64,000 bases of DNA from Geopsychrobacteraceae bacterium (GTDB lineage: Bacteria > Desulfobacterota > Desulfuromonadia > Desulfuromonadales > Geopsychrobacteraceae). Shown here piece after piece: positions 36,965-46,848 of the stretch; the stretch's first letter is position 1; each line of letters starts with the position of its first letter. Below the pieces are notes generated by a model. It was not told the origin of the DNA. It saw only the letters and a list, made by a program, of their open reading frames with translations, and did not search any database. The stretch covers positions 672,001 to 736,000 of the forward strand of contig OY759353.1 in NCBI GenBank assembly GCA_963662315.1, read 5' to 3'. The position numbers were made by a program, and so were the translations under genes.

Positions 36965-36977
36965 ACGGCCGATCACC

Positions 36978-37916
36978 ATGAGTCATTATATTTTTAAAGA
37001 AGTTATGGCCAAACCAGAACGTTTGGCTCCCGGACACCGGATGTGTGCTGGGTGTGGCGCGACCATTGCTGTACGCGCGGTATTAAGAGCCTTGAAAGAA
37101 GAAGATCGTGCCGTTATCGGTACCGCGACCGGTTGCCTTGAAGTCTCGACCTTTATGTATCCATACACCGCGTGGCAGGATAGTTTTATTCATAATGCTT
37201 TTGAAAACGCCGGAGCAACCATCGGCGGTGTCGAGGCAGCATACGCCGCCCTCAAAAAGCGTGGTAAAGTCAAGGACAACTACAAGTTTATTAGTTTTGG
37301 CGGTGATGGCGGAACCTATGATATTGGCTTCCAGTCGTTGTCTGGAGCGATGGAACGCAATCACGATATGGTTTATGTCTGCTACGATAATGGTGCCTAT
37401 ATGAATACCGGTGTGCAGCGCTCGTCTGCGACTCCTGCATGTGCCGATACAACGACAACGCCGGTCGGTAGCGTATCGACTGGCAAGCCACAAAATCGTA
37501 AGGATTTGACGAGTATTATTGCCGACCACAATGTTCCTTATGTGGCCCAAACCGTACCGATGGGCAATTTTAAAGATATTCACGTCAAATCAGAAAAAGC
37601 TATTTATACCCCTGGCGCAGCCTTTCTCAACGTTCTGACTCCTTGCCCTCGCGGATGGCGCTACAACAGTGGCGAGATCATGCAGATCTGCAGGATGGCG
37701 GTTGAAACCTGTTACTGGCCGTTATTTGAAGTCGAAAATGGCCAGTGGACGTTAAACTATCAACCCAAAAACAAGCTGCCTGTAGAAGAATTCCTCAAAA
37801 CTCAAGGACGCTTCAAGCATATGTTCAATAAGGGGAACGAAGCATTAATCGCACAATTCCAGGCGGAAGTCGATCGGCGCTGGGAAGATTTACTGTTCAA
37901 ATGCTCGCGTGTCTGA
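36978..37916 (+). CDS. porB: 2-oxoacid:ferredoxin oxidoreductase beta (TPP-binding) subunit
   Basis: GHRMCAGCG, GGDGGTYDIG, YDNGAYMNTG, PCPRGW. Confidence 0.93.
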   Translation: MSHYIFKEVMAKPERLAPGHRMCAGCGATIAVRAVLRALKEEDRAVIGTATGCLEVSTFMYPYTAWQDSFIHNAFENAGATIGGVEAAYAALKKRGKVKDNYKFISFGGDGGTYDIGFQSLSGAMERNHDMVYVCYDNGAYMNTGVQRSSATPACADTTTTPVGSVSTGKPQNRKDLTSIIADHNVPYVAQTVPMGNFKDIHVKSEKAIYTPGAAFLNVLTPCPRGWRYNSGEIMQICRMAVETCYWPLFEVENGQWTLNYQPKNKLPVEEFLKTQGRFKHMFNKGNEALIAQFQAEVDRRWEDLLFKCSRV

Positions 37917-37943
37917 TAATTTCTCCTTCCAGGAGAGATATAT

Positions 37944-38831
37944 ATGACACTACTGGCCTATCAGGTTTTTAAGACTGTGGTTGAGCAGGGTAGCTACCAG
38001 GCGGCAGCTAAACTGCTCAACCTAACCCCTTCCGCAGTAAGCCATACCATTTCATCAATGGAGAAGGAACTCGGCTCCCGTCTGCTGATCCGCAGCAAGG
38101 CAGGGGTCAGCCTGACCAGCTACGGTGAACATTTGCTCCCCTTTATTAACGCCGTCCTGAACAGTGAGGAAAGCCTGCAACAGGCGGTATCTCAATTTAA
38201 TGGTCTGCAGCAGGGGGAGATCAAGCTTGGGTGTTTTTCCAGCGTCTGTGTCCAGTGGATACCTGCTATTGTTAAGAATTTCCGGGAACGGTATCCAAAT
38301 ATCAGTATTGAGATTTATCAGGGTACTTATGATGATGTGACTGCATGGATCCGCAACGGAGTCGTCGATCTTGGCTTTTTGTCAGTCTCCAGTGCCGCCG
38401 GGCTGCCGATTACGCCATTGTACCGCGATCCGCTGGTTTGTGTCGGTCCCAAGGGATTCAGGGCACAGCGCAGCAGCAAGAGCGTTTCTCCTGAGGAATT
38501 GCGGGAATATTCTTTTGTTACCCAGCGAGAAAGTTGCGATGCGGATATCCAGAATTTCTTTTCGAAATACCAATTACAAATTCATTCGAGATGTCACGTT
38601 GTCGATGACTTATCAACTATCGCCATGGTAGCAGGAGGTTTGGGGATTTGTATTATGCCGCAATTGGTCATGGCCGATATTGACCACGCGGTTGATGTCT
38701 ATCCGATTGAACCAAGCGAATACCGTGTTATTGGTCTTTCCGTATCCAATTCACAGTATATGGCCCCAGCCGTTAAAATGATATTTCAGCATATTGTTGA
38801 TGAATATGGCCAGAAAGACATGATGTCATAA
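37944..38831 (+). CDS. LysR-family transcriptional regulator
   Basis: N-terminal HTH GSYQAAAKLLNLTPSAVSH...EKELG; GLGICIMP. Confidence 0.93.
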   Translation: MTLLAYQVFKTVVEQGSYQAAAKLLNLTPSAVSHTISSMEKELGSRLLIRSKAGVSLTSYGEHLLPFINAVLNSEESLQQAVSQFNGLQQGEIKLGCFSSVCVQWIPAIVKNFRERYPNISIEIYQGTYDDVTAWIRNGVVDLGFLSVSSAAGLPITPLYRDPLVCVGPKGFRAQRSSKSVSPEELREYSFVTQRESCDADIQNFFSKYQLQIHSRCHVVDDLSTIAMVAGGLGICIMPQLVMADIDHAVDVYPIEPSEYRVIGLSVSNSQYMAPAVKMIFQHIVDEYGQKDMMS

Positions 38832-38866
38832 TAAAAAAAGCCGGGCGTTCAACCGGCTTTTTTATT
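38830..38866. terminator. Bidirectional terminator
   Basis: AATAAAAAAAGCCGG-gcgttcaa-CCGGCTTTTTTATT. Confidence 0.8.
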
Positions 38867-38884
38867 CAAATATGTAACTTGGAA

Positions 38885-39586
38885 TTAGCGGCACATGCTA
38901 ATCAGAGAATTGAACTTTTCAAGAAAGTCTGGGTGGTTGGCGAGAAAGTCTTTGGACCAGTAAACGCCAACCGGTTTGTCTTTGGTCGTAATTAAAGTAA
39001 AGTCATCCATCGATAATTTCATGAGTTGAACAGCAGTACGCATGGCCAGATTGTTTGCATAAATTGCGTCGACCTTACCAGCTCTGAGTACTTCCACAAG
39101 CGTATGCATATCGATGATATTGTCTTCTGTCAGGTGATATTGATTGTCCTTCAGCCAGGTGACCATATTGCTCCCCGCAATACCCGTGACTTTTGCTTTT
39201 TCTTTAAATGATGGATCATTTGGGTTCAGTGGGTTGCTTTTTAATAAATACCAATTCCACTGCTGGTCTGCAATCGGTTGGGACAGTGTTGCATAGGCAT
39301 CTCTTTTGTCATTTTGGGATGCAGAGAAAAAGCCGTGGGCTTTTTGCTCCTTAACCTGTTCTTGTGCCTCTTTCCAAGGGAGAACGCGCATCTCGTAAGA
39401 TTTATCCATCATCTCCATAATGCAGGAAACAGTAGCGACAGCAAAACCATCGACAATATGGCTTTCATAGGTCTGGTAGGGTGCCCAGTCCTGGGTGGTA
39501 AGAATAATCTTTTCGTCAGAAAGAGTTTCTGCAAAACAGATTGAGGCAGTTAGTAGTAAGGTCAGGGTAATTAATATTAATTTCAT
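38885..39586 (-). CDS. Periplasmic solute-binding protein (family 3-like), paralog 1
   Basis: Signal peptide; TTQDWAPY, DGFAV, PWKEAQ, GKVDA. Confidence 0.82.
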   Translation of the reverse strand: MKLILITLTLLLTASICFAETLSDEKIILTTQDWAPYQTYESHIVDGFAVATVSCIMEMMDKSYEMRVLPWKEAQEQVKEQKAHGFFSASQNDKRDAYATLSQPIADQQWNWYLLKSNPLNPNDPSFKEKAKVTGIAGSNMVTWLKDNQYHLTEDNIIDMHTLVEVLRAGKVDAIYANNLAMRTAVQLMKLSMDDFTLITTKDKPVGVYWSKDFLANHPDFLEKFNSLISMCR

Positions 39587-39690
39587 AGGTTCACCTAGCA
39601 TCTGTGGCTGTTGAATAAATACATCTAAGACCTATGAGTGAAGGTCTTAACGTTTATTGAGCTAAGAAAAATTTTCCCGAAGTTATTAAA

Positions 39691-40389
39691 CTATCTGCAC
39701 ATACTGATAAGAGAGTTGAATTTTTCAAGAAAATCCGGGTTTCTTTGTAAAAAATTATGTGACCAGTAAACCCCTAGCGGTTTGACTGTACTAACATAAC
39801 TTTTAAATAAGTCCGGTGACAAATGCATTGACTCTAGTGCTACGCGCATGGTGAGGCTATTGGTAAAAATAGCATCAACCTTTTTCTCAACGAGAGCGTT
39901 GACCAGTGTATGTGTATCGGTAATATTGTCCATAGTGATATTATAGTTTTTTGACTTGAGCCAAGCGACCGTGTTTGTGGCAGCGATACCTGTGACCCGA
40001 GCTGATTCAACAAACGATGTCGTGTTTGGATCAAGCTCTGAGTCTTTTAAGAGATACCAAGTCCATGACGATTCCGATATTGGAGATGACAGGGTGGCAA
40101 ATTTATCCCGGTTCGCATTCTGGGAAGCAGAAAAGAAACCAGCAGCCTTATCTTCTTTGACCAATTCCTGTGATTTTTCCCAAGGATAGACCTGTACTTC
40201 AAAGGGTCTTTCCATTATTTCCAAAACACACGAAACTGCCGCGACTGCAAACCCGTCAATGATATTACTTTCGTTGGTCTGGTAGGGAGCCCAGTTCTGG
40301 GTAGTGAGGATTACCTTTTCATTTTCAGCAAAACTGACTGTTGCAGATAGAAGTAAAAATACGACAACTGCGATATGTTTCATGGACAT
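39691..40389 (-). CDS. Periplasmic solute-binding protein (family 3-like), paralog 2
   Basis: TTQNWAPY, DGFAV; same C-terminus PDFLEKFNSLISMCR as paralog 1. Confidence 0.82.
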   Translation of the reverse strand: MSMKHIAVVVFLLLSATVSFAENEKVILTTQNWAPYQTNESNIIDGFAVAAVSCVLEIMERPFEVQVYPWEKSQELVKEDKAAGFFSASQNANRDKFATLSSPISESSWTWYLLKDSELDPNTTSFVESARVTGIAATNTVAWLKSKNYNITMDNITDTHTLVNALVEKKVDAIFTNSLTMRVALESMHLSPDLFKSYVSTVKPLGVYWSHNFLQRNPDFLEKFNSLISMCR

Positions 40390-40762
40390 ATACTCCTTGC
40401 ATTCTGTCTGGCCTTCACCCTGAAGCTTTTTTATCACGAAAAGATACAAAGCGACGTGACCAATTACGACGTTGTTTTTTCAATTGATTATAATTAAAAA
40501 CCAGCATTACATTAAACTAATAATGATTGCATTACAAGATTGAAATGTCATAAATCACGACATTTTATGGGATGTGATCGTATGCTATTGATGGATGTGA
40601 GGAATTGAGCCTATCCCTTTTCTAAATTGTGTTCAGTGCGTTATACATCAGTGATATGTATAGGTATCCGGGGCGTTGTGCCTACATTCGCTCAACATTA
40701 AGTGTTTGTGTCGATTTTTAAGGGATTGCCTAATGAGGTGTTTCCTGCCAGGTTCAGGGATT

Positions 40763-43243
40763 TTAACAGTCTTTTCTCGATTTCGTTTTAGATGAGGCTC
40801 GAGCATTCCATGGATCTTCGGGCCATGGATGCTTTGGGTAGCGGCCCTGCATTTCTTTGCGAATTTCCGGATAGACGTTGTCCCAGAAATAAGGAAGATC
40901 CTGAGTTATTGCTAATAACCGTCCTGCCGGTGACAGCATATGGATTGCCAACGCAACTTTTCCGTTGGTAATCTCTGGGTTGTGTTCCAGGCCGAATAGT
41001 TCCTGAAGCTTGACGGCCAAAAGCGGTGATTCACCATTGGTATAATCAATACGGACGCATGATCCGCTCGGTACGGCTATTCGTTCAGGCACTAACCTTT
41101 CGAGATGTTGTTGTAGCTCCCACGGTAAATAGGCTTGGAGAGGTTGAAATAAATCAAGCTGTAACAATGCTGATCGAGCTGAAATTCCAGAAAGGAAAGG
41201 ACTGAGCCAGTGCGTCATCTTCTCTTCAAGTCCGGTAATGGAAAAATCGGGCCATTTTAGTTCCGGGACATGCTGCTGGCATAGACGTACCCTGGCCGCG
41301 AATTGGCGTGCGTTGGAAGACCAGTTCATTTGATTCAGGCCAATCCTGCGAATTTCGGCCAGGACTGTCTCTGTCTGTTCATATGGATCTGCCTTTATCG
41401 GTTTTTCGGTCAGATGAAGGGCTCCAAAACGGGTGACTTTCCGTGCAAATAAGCATCCAGAACCTTGGTCCCAATGGACCAAGCGTTGTTCCTCTATGTA
41501 CTGTTCAAACGTCTGAGTAATCAATTCTAAATTTATACTGCTGGCCAAGGTAATCTCCTTTTCACCCTGACGATCCTGCAGTTCCAGTGCTATCAGGAAC
41601 GGAGGCGTTTGCAGCGAACTGCGGTTAGATAGCGTTGCACCACTACCGTCACTTAGCATATAGCGCCTTGACCCTGGTTCTCGCTGCTTTGCAATACGAT
41701 CAGGGTAGGCTACCGCTAACCAGAGCTTAACTCTTTGCTGATTCTGCGGCCAGGCAGTACTTTCTCTAACATGCAATGACTTTTTTAAATCGTCAATGAT
41801 TCGTTGCACTGTTTCAACGCCAGGTGAAGTAGAATTTTTCTGAAAGAATGACCAATGGATTTCAAGGTCGCAACTGCTCGTTGTTTGCGCAAACGTATAG
41901 GGAAGCCGGTCGCGTTCACTTAGTAATGCCGCCAGTTCGCAACCTAATGGACCGAGGTTGTCATCGTCAGCAGCCACAACGAGCCTGGCCAGGCGTGGAG
42001 GGAGAGACAGTCTGACCATGCGCTGTCCAAGGGGAGTAATCCGGCCCTGGTTGTCTATTGCCCCCATCCAACGGAGTAGTTTTTTACCTGCGTTCACCAG
42101 GGAAGGAGAAGGTGGATCCAGCCAGATCAAGCGGCTCGGATCGTTCTCACCCCAGTTCGCAAGTTCGAGGAGCAAAGAAGTCAGATCGCTGGTACGTATC
42201 TCTGGCGGTGTCTGGGGCAGAAGTTCGGCCTGTTGCCCCTGACTCCAGAGGCGATAGCAGGTTCCCGGCCCGAGGCGCCCAGCCCGCCCTCTGCGCTGTT
42301 CTGCACTGGCGGCTGAGATTCGCTTTAACTCGAGTCTAGAAATCCCTGTTCTGACATCATAGCGTGGCCGCCGCTCCCAGCCACTGTCAATGACTGTACT
42401 TATCCCCTCTATAGTCAGACTTGTTTCTGCAATATTTGTCGCCAGGATAACACGGCGCCTGGTGCCTGGTGTTAATGCCTGCTGCTGGGTCTTAAAGGGG
42501 AGGGCTCCATATAGTTGGCAAATAGTGGCATCGGTCAATTGGTCCAGTTTTTGTGCGCAGAGTCGTATCTCTCTGGCGCCAGGAAGAAACGCCAGAATGT
42601 CCCCCTCGTTTCTTTGTAGGGCCATTATGATGCCATTGGCAACACTATCTGCGATATGGCTGTTTGGACCTTGGGGTAAATAATGTGTAATAACTGGGTG
42701 ACTCCGCCCTTCACTCGTCAGAATGGGACAATTTTTCAACAGGGTGGCTAACGGTTTGGCATCCAATGTCGCAGACATGACCAGGATTTTCAGGTCGTCA
42801 CGTAAAGCCGCCTGCATATCGCAGCATAACGCTAAGGCCAGGTCTGAATGAATGCTCCGCTCGTGAAATTCGTCAAATATGACTAATCCGATGCCGTTTA
42901 ATTCCGGGTCTGCTTGTAGGCGACGGGTCAGAATGCCTTCGGTAACGACTTCTATGCGAGTTGTTTTGCCTCTTTTGCTGTCAAATCGAACACTGTAACC
43001 GACGGTCTGTCCAACGGGCTCTTTCAGCTGAGCTGACATAAAGGCGGCGGCATGGCGGGCTGCCATACGGCGCGGTTGCAACATCAGGATAGATTTTTGC
43101 CCTAGCCACGTTTCGGCTAACAGACTGACAGGTACTCTGGTTGTCTTGCCGGCCCCAGGCGGGGCCTGGAGAACCACAGCGCGATGCTGTCTGAGTTGCC
43201 CTTTAAGGTCGTCTAAAATTGCATCAATCGGTAACTGTTCCAT
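40763..43243 (-). CDS. hrpB: ATP-dependent helicase HrpB
   Basis: APPGAGKTT, DEFHERS, MSAT, ATNIAETSLTI, QRRGRAGR; C-terminal GRYPKHPWPEDP. Confidence 0.95.
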   Translation of the reverse strand: MEQLPIDAILDDLKGQLRQHRAVVLQAPPGAGKTTRVPVSLLAETWLGQKSILMLQPRRMAARHAAAFMSAQLKEPVGQTVGYSVRFDSKRGKTTRIEVVTEGILTRRLQADPELNGIGLVIFDEFHERSIHSDLALALCCDMQAALRDDLKILVMSATLDAKPLATLLKNCPILTSEGRSHPVITHYLPQGPNSHIADSVANGIIMALQRNEGDILAFLPGAREIRLCAQKLDQLTDATICQLYGALPFKTQQQALTPGTRRRVILATNIAETSLTIEGISTVIDSGWERRPRYDVRTGISRLELKRISAASAEQRRGRAGRLGPGTCYRLWSQGQQAELLPQTPPEIRTSDLTSLLLELANWGENDPSRLIWLDPPSPSLVNAGKKLLRWMGAIDNQGRITPLGQRMVRLSLPPRLARLVVAADDDNLGPLGCELAALLSERDRLPYTFAQTTSSCDLEIHWSFFQKNSTSPGVETVQRIIDDLKKSLHVRESTAWPQNQQRVKLWLAVAYPDRIAKQREPGSRRYMLSDGSGATLSNRSSLQTPPFLIALELQDRQGEKEITLASSINLELITQTFEQYIEEQRLVHWDQGSGCLFARKVTRFGALHLTEKPIKADPYEQTETVLAEIRRIGLNQMNWSSNARQFAARVRLCQQHVPELKWPDFSITGLEEKMTHWLSPFLSGISARSALLQLDLFQPLQAYLPWELQQHLERLVPERIAVPSGSCVRIDYTNGESPLLAVKLQELFGLEHNPEITNGKVALAIHMLSPAGRLLAITQDLPYFWDNVYPEIRKEMQGRYPKHPWPEDPWNARASSKTKSRKDC

Positions 43244-43317
43244 GTTTTCAATATGTAAATCAGTCGCACGCGGGGCACAAGGGGAAATTTATACAGGAGA
43301 TCGTATCAATAGAAAAT

Positions 43318-43351
43318 AAAAAAGCCTCATATCTTGCGATATGAGGCTTTT
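43318..43351 (-). terminator. Terminator of the cold-shock gene
   Basis: AAAAAAGCCTCATATC-ttgc-GATATGAGGCTTTT. Confidence 0.8.
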
Positions 43352-43374
43352 CCCGTACTGTAAATCTTTATAGA

Positions 43375-43575
43375 TTAAAGCTTACAAACGTTAGCTGATT
43401 GAGGACCTTTTTGGCCTTGAACAACGTCAAAGCTTACACGGTCACCTTCAGCCAGAGACTTGAAGCCTTCTGATTGAATAGCTGAGAAGTGAACGAACAC
43501 GTCAGCGCCGTTATCCTGCTCAATAAAACCAAAACCTTTAGAATCGTTAAACCACTTTACTGTACCTTCTGCCAT
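43375..43575 (-). CDS. cspA: Cold-shock protein
   Basis: [24 protein letters not shown]. Confidence 0.96.
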   Translation of the reverse strand: MAEGTVKWFNDSKGFGFIEQDNGADVFVHFSAIQSEGFKSLAEGDRVSFDVVQGQKGPQSANVCKL

Positions 43576-43882
43576 CTTTTCTTACTCCGTTTTCCTGTAG
43601 GAAAATAGTGTTTGGTCAACCCTGTTCACTTCCCAAAATAAAAAACACAAACCTTGGATGGTCTGTGTTCCCCTTAGATTGACCCATCGTCAACCTGTTG
43701 CGTGATTTGGATCTGACACAAACTTTCTTAAAGTTAAGCGTTAGTACCATGTTCTATTATCTAAAAGCAACGGTTAAATTGCATTTTTTGTATTTAAATC
43801 TTAATTCTACTCAAAGTAGGGACCGGGAAAAATACCAATTGATGGGTGAGTGGTGTCATATTACAGATGTACTTCCTTCTTT

Positions 43883-44027
43883 TGTAAGGGAATTCGACAA
43901 TGTGCTGATTTTTAGCTGTTTATTGGAAAAATCGTGTCAGCATTCCTTACAGCAAAAACATAAACTTTGTTATGTGTTTGTAACAATTCGATAATACTTG
44001 CAGTATTTCATATGGCATCTCTCTTGC
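43883..44027 (+). promoter_or_regulatory. Two TGT-N11-ACA enhancer boxes plus sigma54 promoter
   Basis: TGTAAGGGAATTCGACA (43883-43899), TGTCAGCATTCCTTACA (43935-43951) and TGGCAT-N5-TTGC (44013-44027). Confidence 0.75.
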
Positions 44028-44066
44028 TTTGATGATTGGATAATAATCACTTAACTGGAGGCTGCT

Positions 44067-44822
44067 ATGAAACGTTTATCTTTGTTAACAACAGTGTTTT
44101 TCCTTTTGAGTTGTTTACCGGCTGTTTCTGCGACCATTTCATTGACGGGAACAATTCGTGATTTCAGTAGTGCTCATCCTGATTTTGAGGCACCTATAAA
44201 TGGCCTCACCACGGGAATCGTTCTACCTGCGCTTGGTGTTGATGGAACTCCGGTTCTGTCCGGCATAGCGAATGATTCAATACAAAGTGCGGCAACGTTC
44301 TACGATTGGTATCACAATACCCCTGCAAACTCAGGGACAATGAATTATTCCATTATTCTCGACAACGCAATAACTCCTGATCCTAATGTCTATACCTTCT
44401 CCGACAATTCTTTTTTTCCGATAGATGGACTTCTTGGTGGCAATGAGGGAAGGTCTCACAATTACCATTTCACTTACGAGTTGCACACCGCTTTTACCTA
44501 TCAGGGCGGCGAGCTGTTCAGCTTTACTGGTGATGATGATGTCTGGGTTTTTATCAATGATCAGCTGGTTGTTGATTTGGGTGGCATACATGGGGCTGCA
44601 AATGGCTCAGTTCTTCTCGATACGCTTGGTCTGACTCAAGGTATGGATTACGATTTTGACCTGTTCTTTGCTGAGCGCCATACTTCAGAGTCGAACTTCA
44701 AGATTGAAACCTCAATTTTGCTGCAGCCGAACAATCCTGTACCGGAACCTTCAACCTTGCTGCTTCTTGGTAGCGGGCTCGCAGGCCTCGGTTTTTATGC
44801 TCGGAAGCGGAAAAAAGCATAA
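44067..44822 (+). CDS. Fibro-slime (PA14-like) domain PEP-CTERM protein
   Basis: IRDF...HPDFE, FFPID, HNYHFTYE, FTGDDDVWVFIN, FAERHT; VPEPSTLLLLGSGLAGLGFYARKRKKA. Confidence 0.93.
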   Translation: MKRLSLLTTVFFLLSCLPAVSATISLTGTIRDFSSAHPDFEAPINGLTTGIVLPALGVDGTPVLSGIANDSIQSAATFYDWYHNTPANSGTMNYSIILDNAITPDPNVYTFSDNSFFPIDGLLGGNEGRSHNYHFTYELHTAFTYQGGELFSFTGDDDVWVFINDQLVVDLGGIHGAANGSVLLDTLGLTQGMDYDFDLFFAERHTSESNFKIETSILLQPNNPVPEPSTLLLLGSGLAGLGFYARKRKKA

Positions 44823-45005
44823 TTCGTAGAACATTCTAGAAACACCATAGTTAATTTTGAGCGGAGTCAGTAATGGCTCCGCTTTATAATTGTGTAACAG
44901 ATCAATTATTGTCTGGCGAACAAGCCAAACCAAGCCATGCTGCCCGGATAGGGGGAGGGATTCTGTACAATGATAAAGCAGGCTATTGCTGCTTCATTTG
45001 TAGTG

Positions 45006-45036
45006 ACAAGGGGCTAGCTTTTTGCTAGCCCCTTGT
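45006..45036 (-). terminator. Hairpin downstream of the small Cys-rich ORF
   Basis: ACAAGGGGCTAGC-ttttt-GCTAGCCCCTTGT. Confidence 0.65.
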
Positions 45037-45042
45037 TGTTTT

Positions 45043-45213
45043 TCAGTGTCTGGTGTGGCAACGATCGCACGGATAACTATCCACATCCTGGTCACAGAAG
45101 CGGCAGTGATGACAATCTCTTATTTTTCGATCACCATCTGCGGTTATTTTTCTTTGAAAATGAACGGGAAGATTTTGTAACGCATTGTTTGATAATTGTA
45201 ATTTCTCTTCCAT
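45043..45213 (-). CDS. Small Cys/His-rich protein (56 aa), possible zinc finger
   Basis: AGAGGAG SD; MEEKLQ...RDCHHCRFCDQDVDSYPCDRCHTRH*; hairpin follows. Confidence 0.6.
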   Translation of the reverse strand: MEEKLQLSNNALQNLPVHFQRKITADGDRKIRDCHHCRFCDQDVDSYPCDRCHTRH

Positions 45214-45529
45214 ACGTACTCTCCTCTGATAAATTTTCATATGAATACATATATGAACCATTCTATCGTAAGACGCACGATTGGCAATGGCTCTTCTGGT
45301 ATAAATACTTGAAAAATAGTTATTTTTTTCTTATTTTTGGGATGGTTTTAAATACGTAGGTTAATTTTTATTAAAACTGAGATCAGACTGTTCTGAACTA
45401 CGGAATATCGCAGATTTTTTCTTTGAGCTGACCAGTTTTTCGCGGTAGTATTCGTGCCCGGTAATTAGACTACAAATAAAATTAGTTTGATGAGTTTATT
45501 TCTTTATTATTAACATTTATAGTGAACTG

Positions 45530-45709
45530 ATGAGCAACCTAGAGATCAAATGCCCCCGTTGTGGCAAAAAATCCTTTTGGCAGGGGAATGCGTTCAGGCC
45601 GTTCTGCAGTGAAAAGTGTCGTCTGATTGATCTGGCGGCCTGGTCTGATGAAGAATATGCCCTTGATGGTGGCCAAGCGCCCCAGAATGAAGAAGATTCT
45701 TTCTTTTAG
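45530..45709 (+). CDS. yacG: DNA gyrase inhibitor YacG (59 aa, missing from the ORF track)
   Basis: MSNLEIKCPRCGKKSFWQGNAFRPFCSEKCRLIDLAAWSDEEY..., the CPxC...RPFCSxxCxxIDLxxW signature. Confidence 0.93.
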   Translation: MSNLEIKCPRCGKKSFWQGNAFRPFCSEKCRLIDLAAWSDEEYALDGGQAPQNEEDSFF

Positions 45710-45726
45710 ATGAATAAGAGGTTTTA

Positions 45727-46098
45727 ATGTATCATTTAACAATCCAAACCCATTTTGCTGCTGCCCACAACCTGCTGAATTACCAGGGCGATTGTGAAAA
45801 CTTGCACGGCCACAATTGGAAGGTTGAGGTTACGGTCAACGCAATCGAACTTGATCAGGCCGGTCTTGGTATCGATTTTAAAATTTTAAAACGTGAAACC
45901 AAGGAGATCATGAATTACCTTGATCATAAATATTTGAATGAACTTGATGCGTTTAAAGGGATAAGCCCTTCTTCTGAACACATTTCACGTTTTGTTTTTG
46001 ATAGTTTGTCCGAACGCTTAAGCGCTTATCCGGTCAACGTTGAAAAAGTTACTGTCTGGGAATCTGACAATGCCTATGCAACCTACACCCGCGACTGA
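45727..46098 (+). CDS. queD: 6-carboxy-5,6,7,8-tetrahydropterin synthase
   Basis: FAAAH, CENLHGHNW, LDHKYLNE, SSE, WES. Confidence 0.93.
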   Translation: MYHLTIQTHFAAAHNLLNYQGDCENLHGHNWKVEVTVNAIELDQAGLGIDFKILKRETKEIMNYLDHKYLNELDAFKGISPSSEHISRFVFDSLSERLSAYPVNVEKVTVWESDNAYATYTRD

Positions 46099-46825
46099 TC
46101 TGGTTGAGATTTTTTCATCTGTCCAGGGGGAAGGTCTTCTGCTTGGATACCGGCAGATATTTATACGCTTTCCGGACTGTAATCTCAATTGCGACTACTG
46201 CGACACAGATTTCACCCGAAAGCCCTTTTGCCAGGTGGAGACAGCTCCTGGCAGTGGTAACCTGGAGGAAATCAGCAATCCGGTCAGTTTTAGCAAGGTT
46301 CGTGATCTGATTGCCAAATGGTACCAGGCGTTACCTGGGGCCCATCATTCTTTAAGTATTACCGGTGGCGAGCCCCTGTTGCATGTCGATGTCCTTCAAA
46401 AGTGGCTGCCCGGTTTAAGATGTTTTCTGCCGATTTTCCTGGAGACCAACGGTACCTTGGTGAATGAACTGGAAGCCGTCATTGATCTTGTTGACTGGAT
46501 ATCTATGGACATCAAGCTGCACTCTCAAACGGGTGAGCGGACCGACTGGCAGGTGCATCGTGATTTTCTTAAGGTTGCCAGCAATAGAAAATGTTACGTC
46601 AAGGTCGTTGTCGGTGAGGACACCTCAGATCTCGAATTGCAATTGACCGCTGATGTCGTGGCGGGTCAGGATCATTCTATTCCGGTTGTTCTGCAGCCGG
46701 TTACCCGGGGTGGGAAGGTCGCCGTTTCTGTGCAACGTTTGCTTGAAATGCAGGCCGTTATGACCGATATTTATTCCGATGTGCGTATCATCCCGCAAAC
46801 CCATCGATTTATCGGTGCATTATAG
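46070..46825 (+). CDS. queE: 7-carboxy-7-deazaguanine synthase (radical SAM)
   Basis: EIFSSVQGEG, CNLNCDYCDT, TGGEPL, ETNG, PQTH; start approximate. Confidence 0.92.
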   Translation: MPMQPTPATDLVEIFSSVQGEGLLLGYRQIFIRFPDCNLNCDYCDTDFTRKPFCQVETAPGSGNLEEISNPVSFSKVRDLIAKWYQALPGAHHSLSITGGEPLLHVDVLQKWLPGLRCFLPIFLETNGTLVNELEAVIDLVDWISMDIKLHSQTGERTDWQVHRDFLKVASNRKCYVKVVVGEDTSDLELQLTADVVAGQDHSIPVVLQPVTRGGKVAVSVQRLLEMQAVMTDIYSDVRIIPQTHRFIGAL

Positions 46826-46848
46826 CTTACTGCTTGTTGGCCTTGTTT

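Noticed and set aside
45480..45726. preQ1 riboswitch upstream of queD
   Set aside because: The interval is occupied by the yacG coding sequence and no aptamer was seen.
45727..46825. queD/queE as a 7-deazaguanine DNA-modification (dpd) system
   Set aside because: No dpdA/tgt-like or defence genes nearby; housekeeping context.
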